Shown one piece after another: positions 36,598 to 45,699 of a DNA stretch of 64,000 bases. Each line of letters begins with the position of its first letter. The stretch's first letter is position 1. This DNA is from an uncultured delta proteobacterium (GTDB lineage Bacteria > Myxococcota_A > Polyangia > Haliangiales > Haliangiaceae). The stretch spans positions 576,001 through 640,000 of the forward strand of contig CAWKDB010000011.1 in assembly GCA_963848295.1 (NCBI GenBank). The letters are read 5' to 3'. Under the pieces are notes generated by a model, which was not told the origin of the DNA, did no database searches, and worked only from the letters and a program-made list of their open reading frames with translations. A program made the translations under genes and the position numbers.

Positions 36598-37818
36598 TCA
36601 GCTGGACTGCGATGGCGCGTCGTCGCCACCGGCGTCGTCACCCGAAGCATCGCGGTACGGCCCGAGCTTGCCGAGCTCCGCGAGCTCCGCCTGCATCGCG
36701 CGCGCCTCGCGTTGCGTGAAGTCCTCGATCGCGGCGGACAGGCCGGGATGGCGGACCCAGTGCGCCGAGTACGTCGGACAGGGCTCGAACCCGCGCAGCA
36801 GCTTGTGCTCGCCTTGTGCGCCCGCCTCGAACAGCGGGATGTGCTGCGCGATCGCGCGCTCGATGCCGGCGTAGTACGCGGTCTCGAAGTGGAGCAGATC
36901 GACGTGGCGGTTCGCGCCCCAGTAGCGGCCGTACAGCGCCTGCTCGGTCTCGAAGAACACCGCGCCGGCGATCCGCTCGCCCGCTTGTGAGACCTCGACC
37001 ATGCGCAGCGATTCCGGCAGGGTCTCGGCGAGCCGGTGGAAGAACCCCGGGCGCAGGTAGTCGCGGCCGCCGTGGTTGTCGACCGTCGCGCGATAGAACC
37101 GATCGAGGTCATCGAGCCGCGGTTGATCGAGCTCGCCGCCGGACAGCCAGGTCAGGTGATCGATCGCGGACCTCGCGCGCTCGCGCTCCTTGCGCAGCTG
37201 CTTGCGCTTGCGGCTCTTCAACGTGCCGAGAAAATCGTCGAACCCGCGATAGCCGCGGTTCTTCCAGTGGAACTGATAGGTGGCGCGCGGAAAGAATCCG
37301 GCGGCGGTCAATGCGCGCTGCTCGAGCGCGGTGCAGAACAGCCAATGGATCGACGAGCACTCCGCTTGCTCGGCGAGCGCGCGCACCGCGCCGATCAACG
37401 CGGCGCGGACCTCGTCGCCTTCACCCGCGGCGAGCAAGATCCGCGTCCCGGTCGCCGGGGTCGCGGGGGCCGCGATCACGAGCTTCGGGTAGTAATCGAT
37501 GCCGGCGCGGATCGCCGCGTTGGCCCAGCCCCAGTCGAAGATGTACTCGCCGTAGCTGTGGTCTTTGACGAACGCCGCGACCGCGCCGACGAGCACGCAG
37601 GCGCGCTCGGCGAGCAGGTACACCGGGGTCCAGCCCGAGCGCTGCCGCCCTCGCCCGCCGATCGATCCCGAGTCCTCGAGCGCGTGGAGAAAGCCGTGGC
37701 GCAGGAACGGCGACGGCCCGTGGTCGAGCGAATCCCAAGCGGTCTTCTCGACCTCGGTGATCGTCCCGACCGCTCTGACGACGAGTCCCGCCGGCCCGGA
37801 GATCGTGCTAGAAGCCAC
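36598..37818 (-). CDS. GNAT/FemAB-like protein (DUF482); start uncertain
   Basis: [37 protein letters not shown]. Confidence 0.88.
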   Translation of the reverse strand: MASSTISGPAGLVVRAVGTITEVEKTAWDSLDHGPSPFLRHGFLHALEDSGSIGGRGRQRSGWTPVYLLAERACVLVGAVAAFVKDHSYGEYIFDWGWANAAIRAGIDYYPKLVIAAPATPATGTRILLAAGEGDEVRAALIGAVRALAEQAECSSIHWLFCTALEQRALTAAGFFPRATYQFHWKNRGYRGFDDFLGTLKSRKRKQLRKERERARSAIDHLTWLSGGELDQPRLDDLDRFYRATVDNHGGRDYLRPGFFHRLAETLPESLRMVEVSQAGERIAGAVFFETEQALYGRYWGANRHVDLLHFETAYYAGIERAIAQHIPLFEAGAQGEHKLLRGFEPCPTYSAHWVRHPGLSAAIEDFTQREARAMQAELAELGKLGPYRDASGDDAGGDDAPSQSS

Positions 37819-37826
37819 GTAGCACC

Positions 37827-38756
37827 ATGACGCTCGATCCCCAAGTCCGCCAGAAGATCGACCAACTCGTGTCGTCTGATTCCGTCGTTTTGTTCATGAA
37901 AGGCACGCGCAGCTTCCCGCAATGCGGGTTCTCCGCGGCGGTCGTGAACATCCTCAACAGCCTGATCCCGAAGTACAGCACGGTCAACGTGCTCGCCGAC
38001 GTCGACATCCGCGGCGGCATGAAGGACTACTCGGACTGGCCGACGTTCCCGCAGTTGTTCGTGCGCGGTGAGTTCGTCGGTGGCTCGGACATCGTCCGCC
38101 AGATGCACGAATCCGGCGAGCTCGAGAAGAAGCTCGGCGATCTGGTCGTGGTCCCCGACGCCCCGACCGTCACGGTGTCGGCGCGCGCCGCGACCGAGCT
38201 CAAGGGCGCGCTCGAGGACGGCGGCCCCGGCGACGTCATTCACCTGACCATCACGCCGGCGTGGGAGCACCAGCTCGACATCGGACCGAAAGAAGCGAAG
38301 CACGTCACGGTCGAGACCGGCGGCATCACGCTGCAGCTCGATCGGGCGAGCGTCGCACGTGCGGCTGGGGTCTCGATCGACTTCATCGAAGATGCGACCG
38401 GCGCCGGGTTCAAGATCGAGAACCCGAATCGCCCGGTCGTCGTGCGCGACATCGGACCGCGCGAGATCAAGTCGATGATGTTCCACGGCAAGATTCCGAA
38501 GATGTGGGACGTGCGCACGCCGAAAGAGCGCGCGTTCGCGTCGATCGACGGCACCGTGCTGCTCGACGACGCCGAGATGGCGGCGATCGAAGCGCTGCCC
38601 CGCGACACCCCGCTCGCGTTTCACTGCCACCACGGCGGTCGTAGTCGCGCCGCGGCCGAGCACTTCTTGAAGCTCGGCTTCAAGCAGATCTACAACATGG
38701 CCGGCGGCATCGACGCCTGGTCGCGCGACGTCGACCCAGCAATTCCGCGCTACTAA
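37827..38756 (+). CDS. grxD: Monothiol glutaredoxin Grx4 fused to a degenerate A-type-carrier-like domain and a rhodanese domain
   Basis: [30 protein letters not shown]...CHHGGRS...GGIDAW. Confidence 0.88.
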   Translation: MTLDPQVRQKIDQLVSSDSVVLFMKGTRSFPQCGFSAAVVNILNSLIPKYSTVNVLADVDIRGGMKDYSDWPTFPQLFVRGEFVGGSDIVRQMHESGELEKKLGDLVVVPDAPTVTVSARAATELKGALEDGGPGDVIHLTITPAWEHQLDIGPKEAKHVTVETGGITLQLDRASVARAAGVSIDFIEDATGAGFKIENPNRPVVVRDIGPREIKSMMFHGKIPKMWDVRTPKERAFASIDGTVLLDDAEMAAIEALPRDTPLAFHCHHGGRSRAAAEHFLKLGFKQIYNMAGGIDAWSRDVDPAIPRY

Positions 38757-38758
38757 CT

Positions 38759-38822
38759 GGGGACGGTGTTCACTTTGACAACCGGTGTCCGGTCCGCGGT
38801 TGTCAAAGTGAACACCGTCCCC
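38759..38822. repeat. Perfect 26-bp inverted repeat with a 12-nt loop between convergent genes (REP/REPIN-like; possible bidirectional terminator)
   Basis: GGGGACGGTGTTCACTTTGACAACCG at 38759-38784 and its reverse complement at 38797-38822. Confidence 0.9.
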
Positions 38823-39636
38823 CGCTAAGCAGCTGCAACGCCGCTCCGCATTCGGCGGGTACGATGAGCGTCGCGTGCGGATCGCCTCGGGTCTCGCCGC
38901 GGTTGATGATCGCGACCGGGATGCCGCGCTCGGCGGCGCGCCGGACGAACCGATAGCCCGAGAACACCGCGAGCGAGCTGCCCGCGACGACGAGCAACTC
39001 CGCCTGGTCGAACAAGGCCCACGCCGCATCGAGCGTGTCGCGCGGCACACTGCCGCCGAAGAACACGACATCGGGCATGAGCACACCGCCGCAGTGACAC
39101 GCGACTACCTCAAAGCCCGCGATCCGCTCGGGCGGGAGCTCGAGGTCGCCATCGGGTGCGATCGCGCCGCCGGCCGCGAGATGCTCGGGGTTCGCCGCGA
39201 TCAGCCGGCGCTGGAGCTCGGCGCGAGAGGTCAGCTCGCCGCAGTCGAGGCAGCGAACGCGCGCGAGCGCGCCGTGGAGCTCGACGACGGTGCGGCTGCC
39301 GGCCATGCCGTGCAGGCCATCGACGTTCTGCGTGATCACGCCGGCGAGCGCGCCGCTGCGCTCGAGCGCGGCGAGCGCGGTGTGCGCCGGGTTCGGCCGC
39401 GCCGCGGCCATCGCCGGCCAGCCGATGATCGAGCGCGCCCAATAGCGCTGGCGCGCCGCCGCGCGTTCGACGAACTCGCGGTGCTGGATCGGCGTGCGCG
39501 GCTTCGCATCCGGGCCGCGATAGTCGGGGATCCCCGATGCGGTCGAGCAGCCGGCGCCGGTGAGCGCGACCAGCCGTTTGCCGCGCGCCAGCTCGACGAG
39601 CCGCGCGGTCGGATCTGCGAGCTGGGTCACGGCCAC
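38803..39636 (-). CDS. NAD-dependent protein deacylase (sirtuin, class II/SIRT4-like)
   Basis: GAGCSTASGIPDYR, RQRYWAR, TQNVDGLH, ELHG, PDGD, PDVVFFG. Confidence 0.9.
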   Translation of the reverse strand: MAVTQLADPTARLVELARGKRLVALTGAGCSTASGIPDYRGPDAKPRTPIQHREFVERAAARQRYWARSIIGWPAMAAARPNPAHTALAALERSGALAGVITQNVDGLHGMAGSRTVVELHGALARVRCLDCGELTSRAELQRRLIAANPEHLAAGGAIAPDGDLELPPERIAGFEVVACHCGGVLMPDVVFFGGSVPRDTLDAAWALFDQAELLVVAGSSLAVFSGYRFVRRAAERGIPVAIINRGETRGDPHATLIVPAECGAALQLLSGGRCSL

Positions 39637-39688
39637 GTCCCACCATAGCCGACTTGAAGCGCCGCGCCGAACCGGGCATGGTCGCGCG

Positions 39689-40984
39689 ATGCGTGCCCTG
39701 TGCTCGATCGCGCTCGTCTTGGTCTCCGGCGCCTGTGGCGACAACGTCGGAGCGCCGGACTCGGCGAGCTCGGGACCGCCGGTCGCGAACCCGACCCGCG
39801 ACGTCGTCGACACGCAGCTCGCGTTCGATCTCGCGAGCAACGCCGGGACCGCGACGATCACGTTCGCGCCGAGCGATTCGCCCGGCGGCAACCTCGAGGT
39901 CGGCGACCTGTCGATCGCGAGTGTCACCTCGAACGGCGCGCCGGTCATGACGAGCGAGGCGATGAGCGAGCTCGATCTCGCGATCCCGGCGAGCACCGAC
40001 ACGGTGGCGGTGACCATCGCCTACACGTTCAAGTACCACGAGGGGTTCATGGGCGAGTCGATGGCTGGCTACACGCTGATCTGGCCGTACTACTGCGGCA
40101 ACCTGTTTCCGTGTCACTCCGCGCCCGCGGACGGCACGACGTTCGAGCTGTCGCTCGCGAACGTTCCCGACGGCAACGTCGCGGTCTACCCGACGACGAT
40201 TCCCGCGCCCGCGCCGTCGTATCAGATCGCGTGGACCTACGGCGCGTACACCGAGCTGCCGCTTGGCACGACGACCGCGGGCACGAACATCTCGGTGTTC
40301 TATCGGACCAACGAGCTCAAGGACGCGACCGAAGGCACGGTGGATCTGGTCGCCGGGTTCGATTGGCTCGAGAAGACGCTCGGACCGTACCGGTTCGGTC
40401 CGAAGTACGCGTCGGTCTCGGTCGGCTGGCCTCCCGGCCAATACGGCGGGATGGAGCACCACCCGTACTCGCACATCGACTCGGCGGCGCTCAGCGACGT
40501 GAACACCAACGTCCACGAATCCGCGCACGGCTGGTTCGGCGACGGCATCCGCATCGCGTGCTGGGAAGACTTCGTGCTGTCCGAGGGCACGGTCGACTAC
40601 CTCGCCGGCCGCGTGCTCGATGTCGTCGATCCGACGGTGGGCGCGACGGTGTGGACCGAGTACGACAAGGAGCTCGCGCAGCTGACCGGCACCGAGCTGG
40701 TGTGGCCGCAGTCGTGCGGTCAGATCGACATCCTCAAGGACAACCTGTTCACCAATGCCCCGTACATCCGAGGCGCGCTGTTCTACCGCGCGGTCGCGCT
40801 CAAGGTCGGCGCAGACGTGCTCGACCAGGCGCTCGCGACGTTCTACCAAGCGCACGCGGGCGGATCGGCGCGCATGGCCGACATGCTCGCGACGATCCAG
40901 CAAGTCACCGGCTACGATCCGACGACGTGCGCGCAGACCTGGCTGCTATCGACGACGCGGCCGACGCCAGGGCCCTGCCCGTAA
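39689..40984 (+). CDS. M1 family metallo-aminopeptidase lipoprotein
   Basis: GGMEH, HESAHGWFG, downstream SEG, PYIRGA; lipobox SGAC. Confidence 0.88.
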   Translation: MRALCSIALVLVSGACGDNVGAPDSASSGPPVANPTRDVVDTQLAFDLASNAGTATITFAPSDSPGGNLEVGDLSIASVTSNGAPVMTSEAMSELDLAIPASTDTVAVTIAYTFKYHEGFMGESMAGYTLIWPYYCGNLFPCHSAPADGTTFELSLANVPDGNVAVYPTTIPAPAPSYQIAWTYGAYTELPLGTTTAGTNISVFYRTNELKDATEGTVDLVAGFDWLEKTLGPYRFGPKYASVSVGWPPGQYGGMEHHPYSHIDSAALSDVNTNVHESAHGWFGDGIRIACWEDFVLSEGTVDYLAGRVLDVVDPTVGATVWTEYDKELAQLTGTELVWPQSCGQIDILKDNLFTNAPYIRGALFYRAVALKVGADVLDQALATFYQAHAGGSARMADMLATIQQVTGYDPTTCAQTWLLSTTRPTPGPCP

Positions 40985-41023
40985 GACGTGCTCGAGCTCT
41001 GACACGTGCGCGGTTCACGCGGG

Positions 41024-42451
41024 CTACGGCGCGGGTTGCTCGATCCGCGTCGCCGGCATCGTCTTGCCGCCGACGAGGAACAGCAGCTGCTTGACGTGGC
41101 CGCCGTCTTTCTCGAACACCACGACGCCCTGCAGCTTCTCGATCCAGAACTCGTGATCGGACAGCGGCACGAGCCGGACCTTCGGCTCGCCGGGGCCTTG
41201 GATGTACAGCCGTTTATCGAGCGTGACCTCGATCGGCGTGCCGCTGAAGTCGTAGCGACCGACGTACGTCGCGAGCGCCGCCGCGGTCGGGAACACCGGC
41301 GGGCTGACCGTGTCTCCCGCCGCGACCCTGTAGAGCATGTCGACGAGGCGATCGACGATCGTCACCGCGCTCGATGCCATGATCACGACGCCGCGCCGCG
41401 TTTTCGGATCGAAGCCGATGAACGAGTGATAGCCGCCGGTATTGCCGTTGTGCCAATAGCGGCCGTTGGCATCGATCTCCCAGCCGAAACCTTCGTTCGC
41501 CCCCGGGTTCTTCAACTGCGGTTCTTGCGTCAGCTTGAGCACCGAGCTCAGCGGTTGGTCTCGGGCGCTCGCCTTCGCGAGCGGACCGAGCGCGGGTGAA
41601 TCGCTGGCCGCGTCCATCTCGGCGGCGATCAGCGCGAGTTGGTCGTGCACACACGAGATCACGCCACCCGCGCCGGCGAGCGGTCCCCACGTCCAGGCCG
41701 GCGCCGGTTGCAGATCGTCGTTCGTCCCCGGCACGACCCGCGCGCGCGCCGGTTCTGGCACATGGACGAACGTGTCGTGCAAGCCGAGCGGCGCGAGCAC
41801 GCGTGTGGTCAGCGCGTCGGCGTAGCTCGTGCCGACCTTGCGCGCGAGCGCGAAGCCCAAGACGCCGACGCCGTAGTCCGAGTACGTGATCTTGGTGCCG
41901 GGCGCATCGGCGAGCTCGGTGTGCACCAGATCCTGATAGAGCGCATCGTCGTCGTAGCCGACATACGGATCGGGCGCGTGCTCGGCTTCCGCGCGCGACG
42001 GCGGCATCTTCGGCAACCCCGAGGCGTGTAGCGCGAGCTCGCGCAGCGTGATCTCGGCCTTGTCTTTCGTCGGTGCGGTCACCCCGGGCGGCAGCAGCTC
42101 GGACAGCGGCGTGTCGAGCTCGACCTCGTGGCGCTGCACCTCATCGGCGAGCAGCAGCGACGTATAGATCTTCGACAGTGAGCCGATCTCGTACAGCGAG
42201 TGCCCGGTCGGCGGCTTCCCCCCGGGGCCGGTGCCGAAGCCGTAGATCTCGACCTTACCCGAGTCGTACAGCCCGACGACGATCGAGTTCGCGACTTGCG
42301 CATCGATGAACGGCTTGACCAGCGCGGCGATCGCGATGCGATGCGGGCCGTCGGGATCGCTGTCGTGCGGCGCCGGTGATTTCACCGGTTCCGGGCGGTG
42401 CGCGCTACCGCATGCACACGCGAGCGCCGCGAGCCACGCCGCGCGCGTCAT
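41024..42451 (-). CDS. Serine hydrolase, beta-lactamase (AmpC-like) family lipoprotein
   Basis: EIGSLSK (SxxK), YSD, WHNGNTGG. Confidence 0.87.
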   Translation of the reverse strand: MTRAAWLAALACACGSAHRPEPVKSPAPHDSDPDGPHRIAIAALVKPFIDAQVANSIVVGLYDSGKVEIYGFGTGPGGKPPTGHSLYEIGSLSKIYTSLLLADEVQRHEVELDTPLSELLPPGVTAPTKDKAEITLRELALHASGLPKMPPSRAEAEHAPDPYVGYDDDALYQDLVHTELADAPGTKITYSDYGVGVLGFALARKVGTSYADALTTRVLAPLGLHDTFVHVPEPARARVVPGTNDDLQPAPAWTWGPLAGAGGVISCVHDQLALIAAEMDAASDSPALGPLAKASARDQPLSSVLKLTQEPQLKNPGANEGFGWEIDANGRYWHNGNTGGYHSFIGFDPKTRRGVVIMASSAVTIVDRLVDMLYRVAAGDTVSPPVFPTAAALATYVGRYDFSGTPIEVTLDKRLYIQGPGEPKVRLVPLSDHEFWIEKLQGVVVFEKDGGHVKQLLFLVGGKTMPATRIEQPAP

Positions 42452-43002
42452 TTCCGGACTCTCGGCACATCGCGATCGAGGACGGTCTTGCGTTCGTCGC
42501 GGGCCGCGGCGCGGATCGACTCGTCGCAGATCGCGCGAACGTGATCCGACAGCAACTCGGCCACCGCGTCACCGCAGTTCATGCCCGAGCGATCCTTGAT
42601 GTACTTCTTCATCTTGGACACGACGATCAGCATCTCGCGCTCGGCGTCTTGCAGCTTCACGCCGCCGTCGCCGGTGACGACGGTCGAGGTCGTCACGGCG
42701 GAAGGTCCGGCATCGCCGACCATCCGTCGCACCGCCGGCGCCGCGGCGGGCTTGGCGACCTCGATCTCGACCGCGCCGCTCGCGACCTCTCGGTCCCAGG
42801 CCTCTTTGGTCGGCGCCTTCGCATCGACCGCCCAGGCGTCACGGTGGCGGAGCATCGCGACGTGGCTATCCCAACAAGGCACCGTACAAAAGACCAACCG
42901 GGTGCGAGCGCGGTTGCATGTCGAGACGCTGCATACCCAATGCGCGGCGTTGAACGGAATCGGGTTCCGGCAGGCGCTGCACTTTAGCCAGGCTTCGGCC
43001 AT
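42448..43002 (-). CDS. Bacterial histone-fold protein with an N-terminal ZZ-like zinc finger
   Basis: C-terminus MLIVVSKMKKYIKDRSGMN...LSDHVRAICDESIRAAARDERKTVLDRD resembles Bdellovibrio Bd0055; N-terminus CxxC..Cx4C..Cx3C..H..H. Confidence 0.82.
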   Translation of the reverse strand: MAEAWLKCSACRNPIPFNAAHWVCSVSTCNRARTRLVFCTVPCWDSHVAMLRHRDAWAVDAKAPTKEAWDREVASGAVEIEVAKPAAAPAVRRMVGDAGPSAVTTSTVVTGDGGVKLQDAEREMLIVVSKMKKYIKDRSGMNCGDAVAELLSDHVRAICDESIRAAARDERKTVLDRDVPRVRK

Positions 43003-45014
43003 TGGTAGATCTACTTTCCCTCGTTATGAGTTTCCGTACGACCCCCGTGGAAACCGTGCTTGCGGATTTCCCGCACACGGCTTGCGGGAGGGCTCTCGTG
43101 CGAGCGGTACTGGGTAGCCTCCGGATATTGGACGGTGCCGCGCAGGCGATGGAGTCCGAAGCTTTCGAAGTACTCGCGCGTCCATGTCGATGCGACGCGT
43201 CCATCGAGTTGGCGACCCGCGCGCTTCACGCGCAGGCTGCGTAATCGATCGCGCACGTAGCTGTCGATCTGGTTGAAGCTTCTCGCGGCGTTCCCGGTGC
43301 CGAAGTACACACCCCATCCTCGAAGGATCGGGTTGAGGTCGGCGATCACCTCGCGGAGATCCGCGTGGCACCGTCCTCGTTGTGTCTTGTCTCGCACCTT
43401 CTGTCGGATCCGCTTCATCGCGCGTTGCGACGGCTGGCGATGCAGGAAGTACTTTCGCTTTCCTTCTCGCTCCAGAATCGCACCGCTCAGACGTTTGCGG
43501 AAATGACAGCCGAGGAAGTCGAAGCCCTGCTTTCCATCGTAGAGCTCCACTCGCCTCGTCTTGTCGGGATGCAGCTCGAGACCGAGACGATGAAGATATT
43601 TCCTCACGTCGCGTTCGGCGTCTTCGCATTGTTGCTTCGTCTTGCACACCACGACGAGATCGTCGGCGTAGCGCACCAATGTTCCCAGCGGAGCACTGTG
43701 ACGAGTCCACAACAGGTCGAGGACGTGCAGGTAGATGTTCGACAAGAGTGGTGAGATCACCCCTCCTTGCGGAACCCCGGTCGTCGTCGACCGGAGCTCG
43801 CCGTCTTCCATCACGCCTGCTTCGAGCCACTGCCTGATCAGCTTCAGCACCCGTCTGTCCGAGACGCGTCGTTCGACGAGCTTCATCAGCTTGTCGTGAT
43901 CGATGCTTCCGAAGTAGTCGCGAATATCGGCGTCGAGCACGTGATGGTGCTGGTATCCGAGCTTGCGCACGGCCTCCAACGCCATCAGCTGGCTTCGCTT
44001 CGGCCGGTAACCGTACGAGGACGGCAGAAAATCCGCCTCGAAGATTGGCTCCAGCACGAGCTTCGCCGCCATTTGCACCACTCGATCTCGGACCGTCGGT
44101 ATGCCCAGCGGTCGCTGCTTTCCATCTGCCTTCGGAATGTACCGGCGCAAGGTCGCGCTCGGCCGGTACTCACCTGCACGCAACACGTTGCCGAGCTCTT
44201 CGGTGAAGCGCTCGACGCCGTACTGCTCCACCTCCGCGATCGTCTGGGCGTCGAGCCCAGCCGATCCACGGTTCTTCTTCACTCGCTTCCATGCTTCGCG
44301 AAGGACGTCACTCCTCCACATGCGATCGTACAGCGCATGGAATCGTCGCTCCGGTGACTGCTTGGCCGCTGCACCCAGTCGCCTCTGAAGTTGTCGCACG
44401 TTGTCGAACGGCCCACGCCGCTCGGGGTGGTTGGAACCGGTCGTGCCGGTCATGCCCTTACGCTTACCTTCGTCGACGACACACCCTCTCTCGTGGCCCT
44501 TCCCTCCGACGGCGTTTTGCGGCGCCGTCCTCGTCGGTACTATGACCCCGTCGGACTTCCGCTGCGCGATGATGCCCTTGGCACTCGGCCTGTTGGCGTC
44601 ACCCTGCCACGACGATGGCTGCGCAGACGGATCTCTCGTGTTCCGTGATGATCCTTGTACGCGCGCTGCTCCCCGTACCCCGCTGGGGTCGACGTCGTGC
44701 TCCAGAGCTCTCGTCGTCGATGTTGCCTTGCCCGTGACATGAGCGGCTCGGCCCCCAGATTGTTTCTCTTTCGAGGCTGCAGACTTCACTTGATGTTGCG
44801 GCTCGCGTACTCGCTCCTCGCTGATCAGCTCGCGCTGACTCGCTCGCTTTCGATGCCCGGCTTCAGCCGTCGGAATCTCTTCCTCTGCTGCGGGCCTGCT
44901 ACTCGGCGCTCTGGCGCTTTCCGAGACGGGACTTTCACCCGCTAGATCATCACAGCGTGACGGCAGTTTCCCGCCGGGATCCCCGGCGAGGCTTCTGTCG
45001 TCGTCACGACGCAC
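43000..45014 (-). mobile_element. Group II intron (~2.0 kb) inserted immediately after an ATG
   Basis: 5' GTGCG at 45014; RT ORF; domain V AAGCCGTGTGCGGGAAATCCGCAAGCACGGTTT at ~43083-43051; 3' end ...CTACCAAT(G). Confidence 0.9.
43011..44453 (-). CDS. ltrA: Group II intron reverse transcriptase/maturase, no endonuclease domain
   Basis: RPLGIPTVRDR, PQGGVISPLLSNIYL, RYADD, GFDFLG, LRGWGVYF. Confidence 0.95.
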   Translation of the reverse strand: MTGTTGSNHPERRGPFDNVRQLQRRLGAAAKQSPERRFHALYDRMWRSDVLREAWKRVKKNRGSAGLDAQTIAEVEQYGVERFTEELGNVLRAGEYRPSATLRRYIPKADGKQRPLGIPTVRDRVVQMAAKLVLEPIFEADFLPSSYGYRPKRSQLMALEAVRKLGYQHHHVLDADIRDYFGSIDHDKLMKLVERRVSDRRVLKLIRQWLEAGVMEDGELRSTTTGVPQGGVISPLLSNIYLHVLDLLWTRHSAPLGTLVRYADDLVVVCKTKQQCEDAERDVRKYLHRLGLELHPDKTRRVELYDGKQGFDFLGCHFRKRLSGAILEREGKRKYFLHRQPSQRAMKRIRQKVRDKTQRGRCHADLREVIADLNPILRGWGVYFGTGNAARSFNQIDSYVRDRLRSLRVKRAGRQLDGRVASTWTREYFESFGLHRLRGTVQYPEATQYRSHESPPASRVREIRKHGFHGGRTETHNEGK

Positions 45015-45024
45015 CATGACGCGC

Positions 45025-45030
45025 AGCCTA
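45025..45030 (-). promoter_or_regulatory. TANNNT -10 box (TAGGCT) 7 nt before ATG 45017, overlapping the PPTase stop
   Basis: Same geometry as many other leaderless starts in the window. Confidence 0.55.
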
Positions 45031-45699
45031 CCGCGGCCGAGCCCTCGCCGTCGCGAGCCAGTGACCGGCGTGGGTCTGCCAGCCGGCTTCGATCACGACC
45101 GGGAGGCGCACCGGATCGACCGCGACCGCGGCGCACGTGCCGTCGGCCTCGAGGGTGACCTCGACCTCGGTGAACCCCACGTAGCGCCTCACGATCGGGT
45201 CGATCGCCTTGTAGATCGCCTCCTTGATCGCGAAGCGGAGCATGACCTGCGAGCCGTCGATCGGTTGCCCGTCGCCACGGGCGCGCTCGCGTTCGGTCAG
45301 GATCCGCCGCGCGATGTCGACTCGCGACGGCTCGGTGCGCTCGAGATCGATGCCGACGAAGCCGGCGCTCGCCGCTGCGACGATCGCGACCGCGCGGGTG
45401 GCGCCAATTGCCTCACCGCGAGGATGCTTGTGGCTGATCGAGCCGACCCAACCCGCCGGCAGCACCGGCGCGCCGCGGTCGTCGCTCGTCACAGGATGAT
45501 CGGCGAACGCAGGGGCGTGCTCGACCAGCAGCGCGCGCAACGCGGTGCGCCCGGCGATCCATTCGGTGCGGCGCGCGGGCGCGATCGCTGCGGCGAGCGC
45601 TTGTTCGATCGGCGGCAACGCGGCGAGCACGCGATCCACATCGCCGGCGACGAGCTCGATCGCTTCGCACGTCCCGAACCGCGTGATCAGCCGAGTCAC
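45028..45699 (-). CDS. 4'-phosphopantetheinyl transferase (EntD/Sfp type)
   Basis: GSISHK, GIDLE, FAIKEAIYKA. Confidence 0.88.
   Translation of the reverse strand: MTRLITRFGTCEAIELVAGDVDRVLAALPPIEQALAAAIAPARRTEWIAGRTALRALLVEHAPAFADHPVTSDDRGAPVLPAGWVGSISHKHPRGEAIGATRAVAIVAAASAGFVGIDLERTEPSRVDIARRILTERERARGDGQPIDGSQVMLRFAIKEAIYKAIDPIVRRYVGFTEVEVTLEADGTCAAVAVDPVRLPVVIEAGWQTHAGHWLATARARPR

Noticed and set aside
41550..41610. Possible further palindromic in-frame inserts (serine hydrolase here; also helicase ~14385, monooxygenase ~26915, PPTase ~45410)
   Set aside because: Hairpins are short and lack the CCGCACCGCC signature; cannot be separated from chance in GC-rich DNA without alignments
43011..44453. 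RT as a retron, DGR or defence RT
   Set aside because: Has a maturase X domain, a GTGCG 5' end and domain V/VI; no template/variable repeat pair or msr-msd seen
45028..45699. PPTase as marker of a nearby NRPS/PKS cluster
   Set aside because: No carrier-protein or synthase genes in the window
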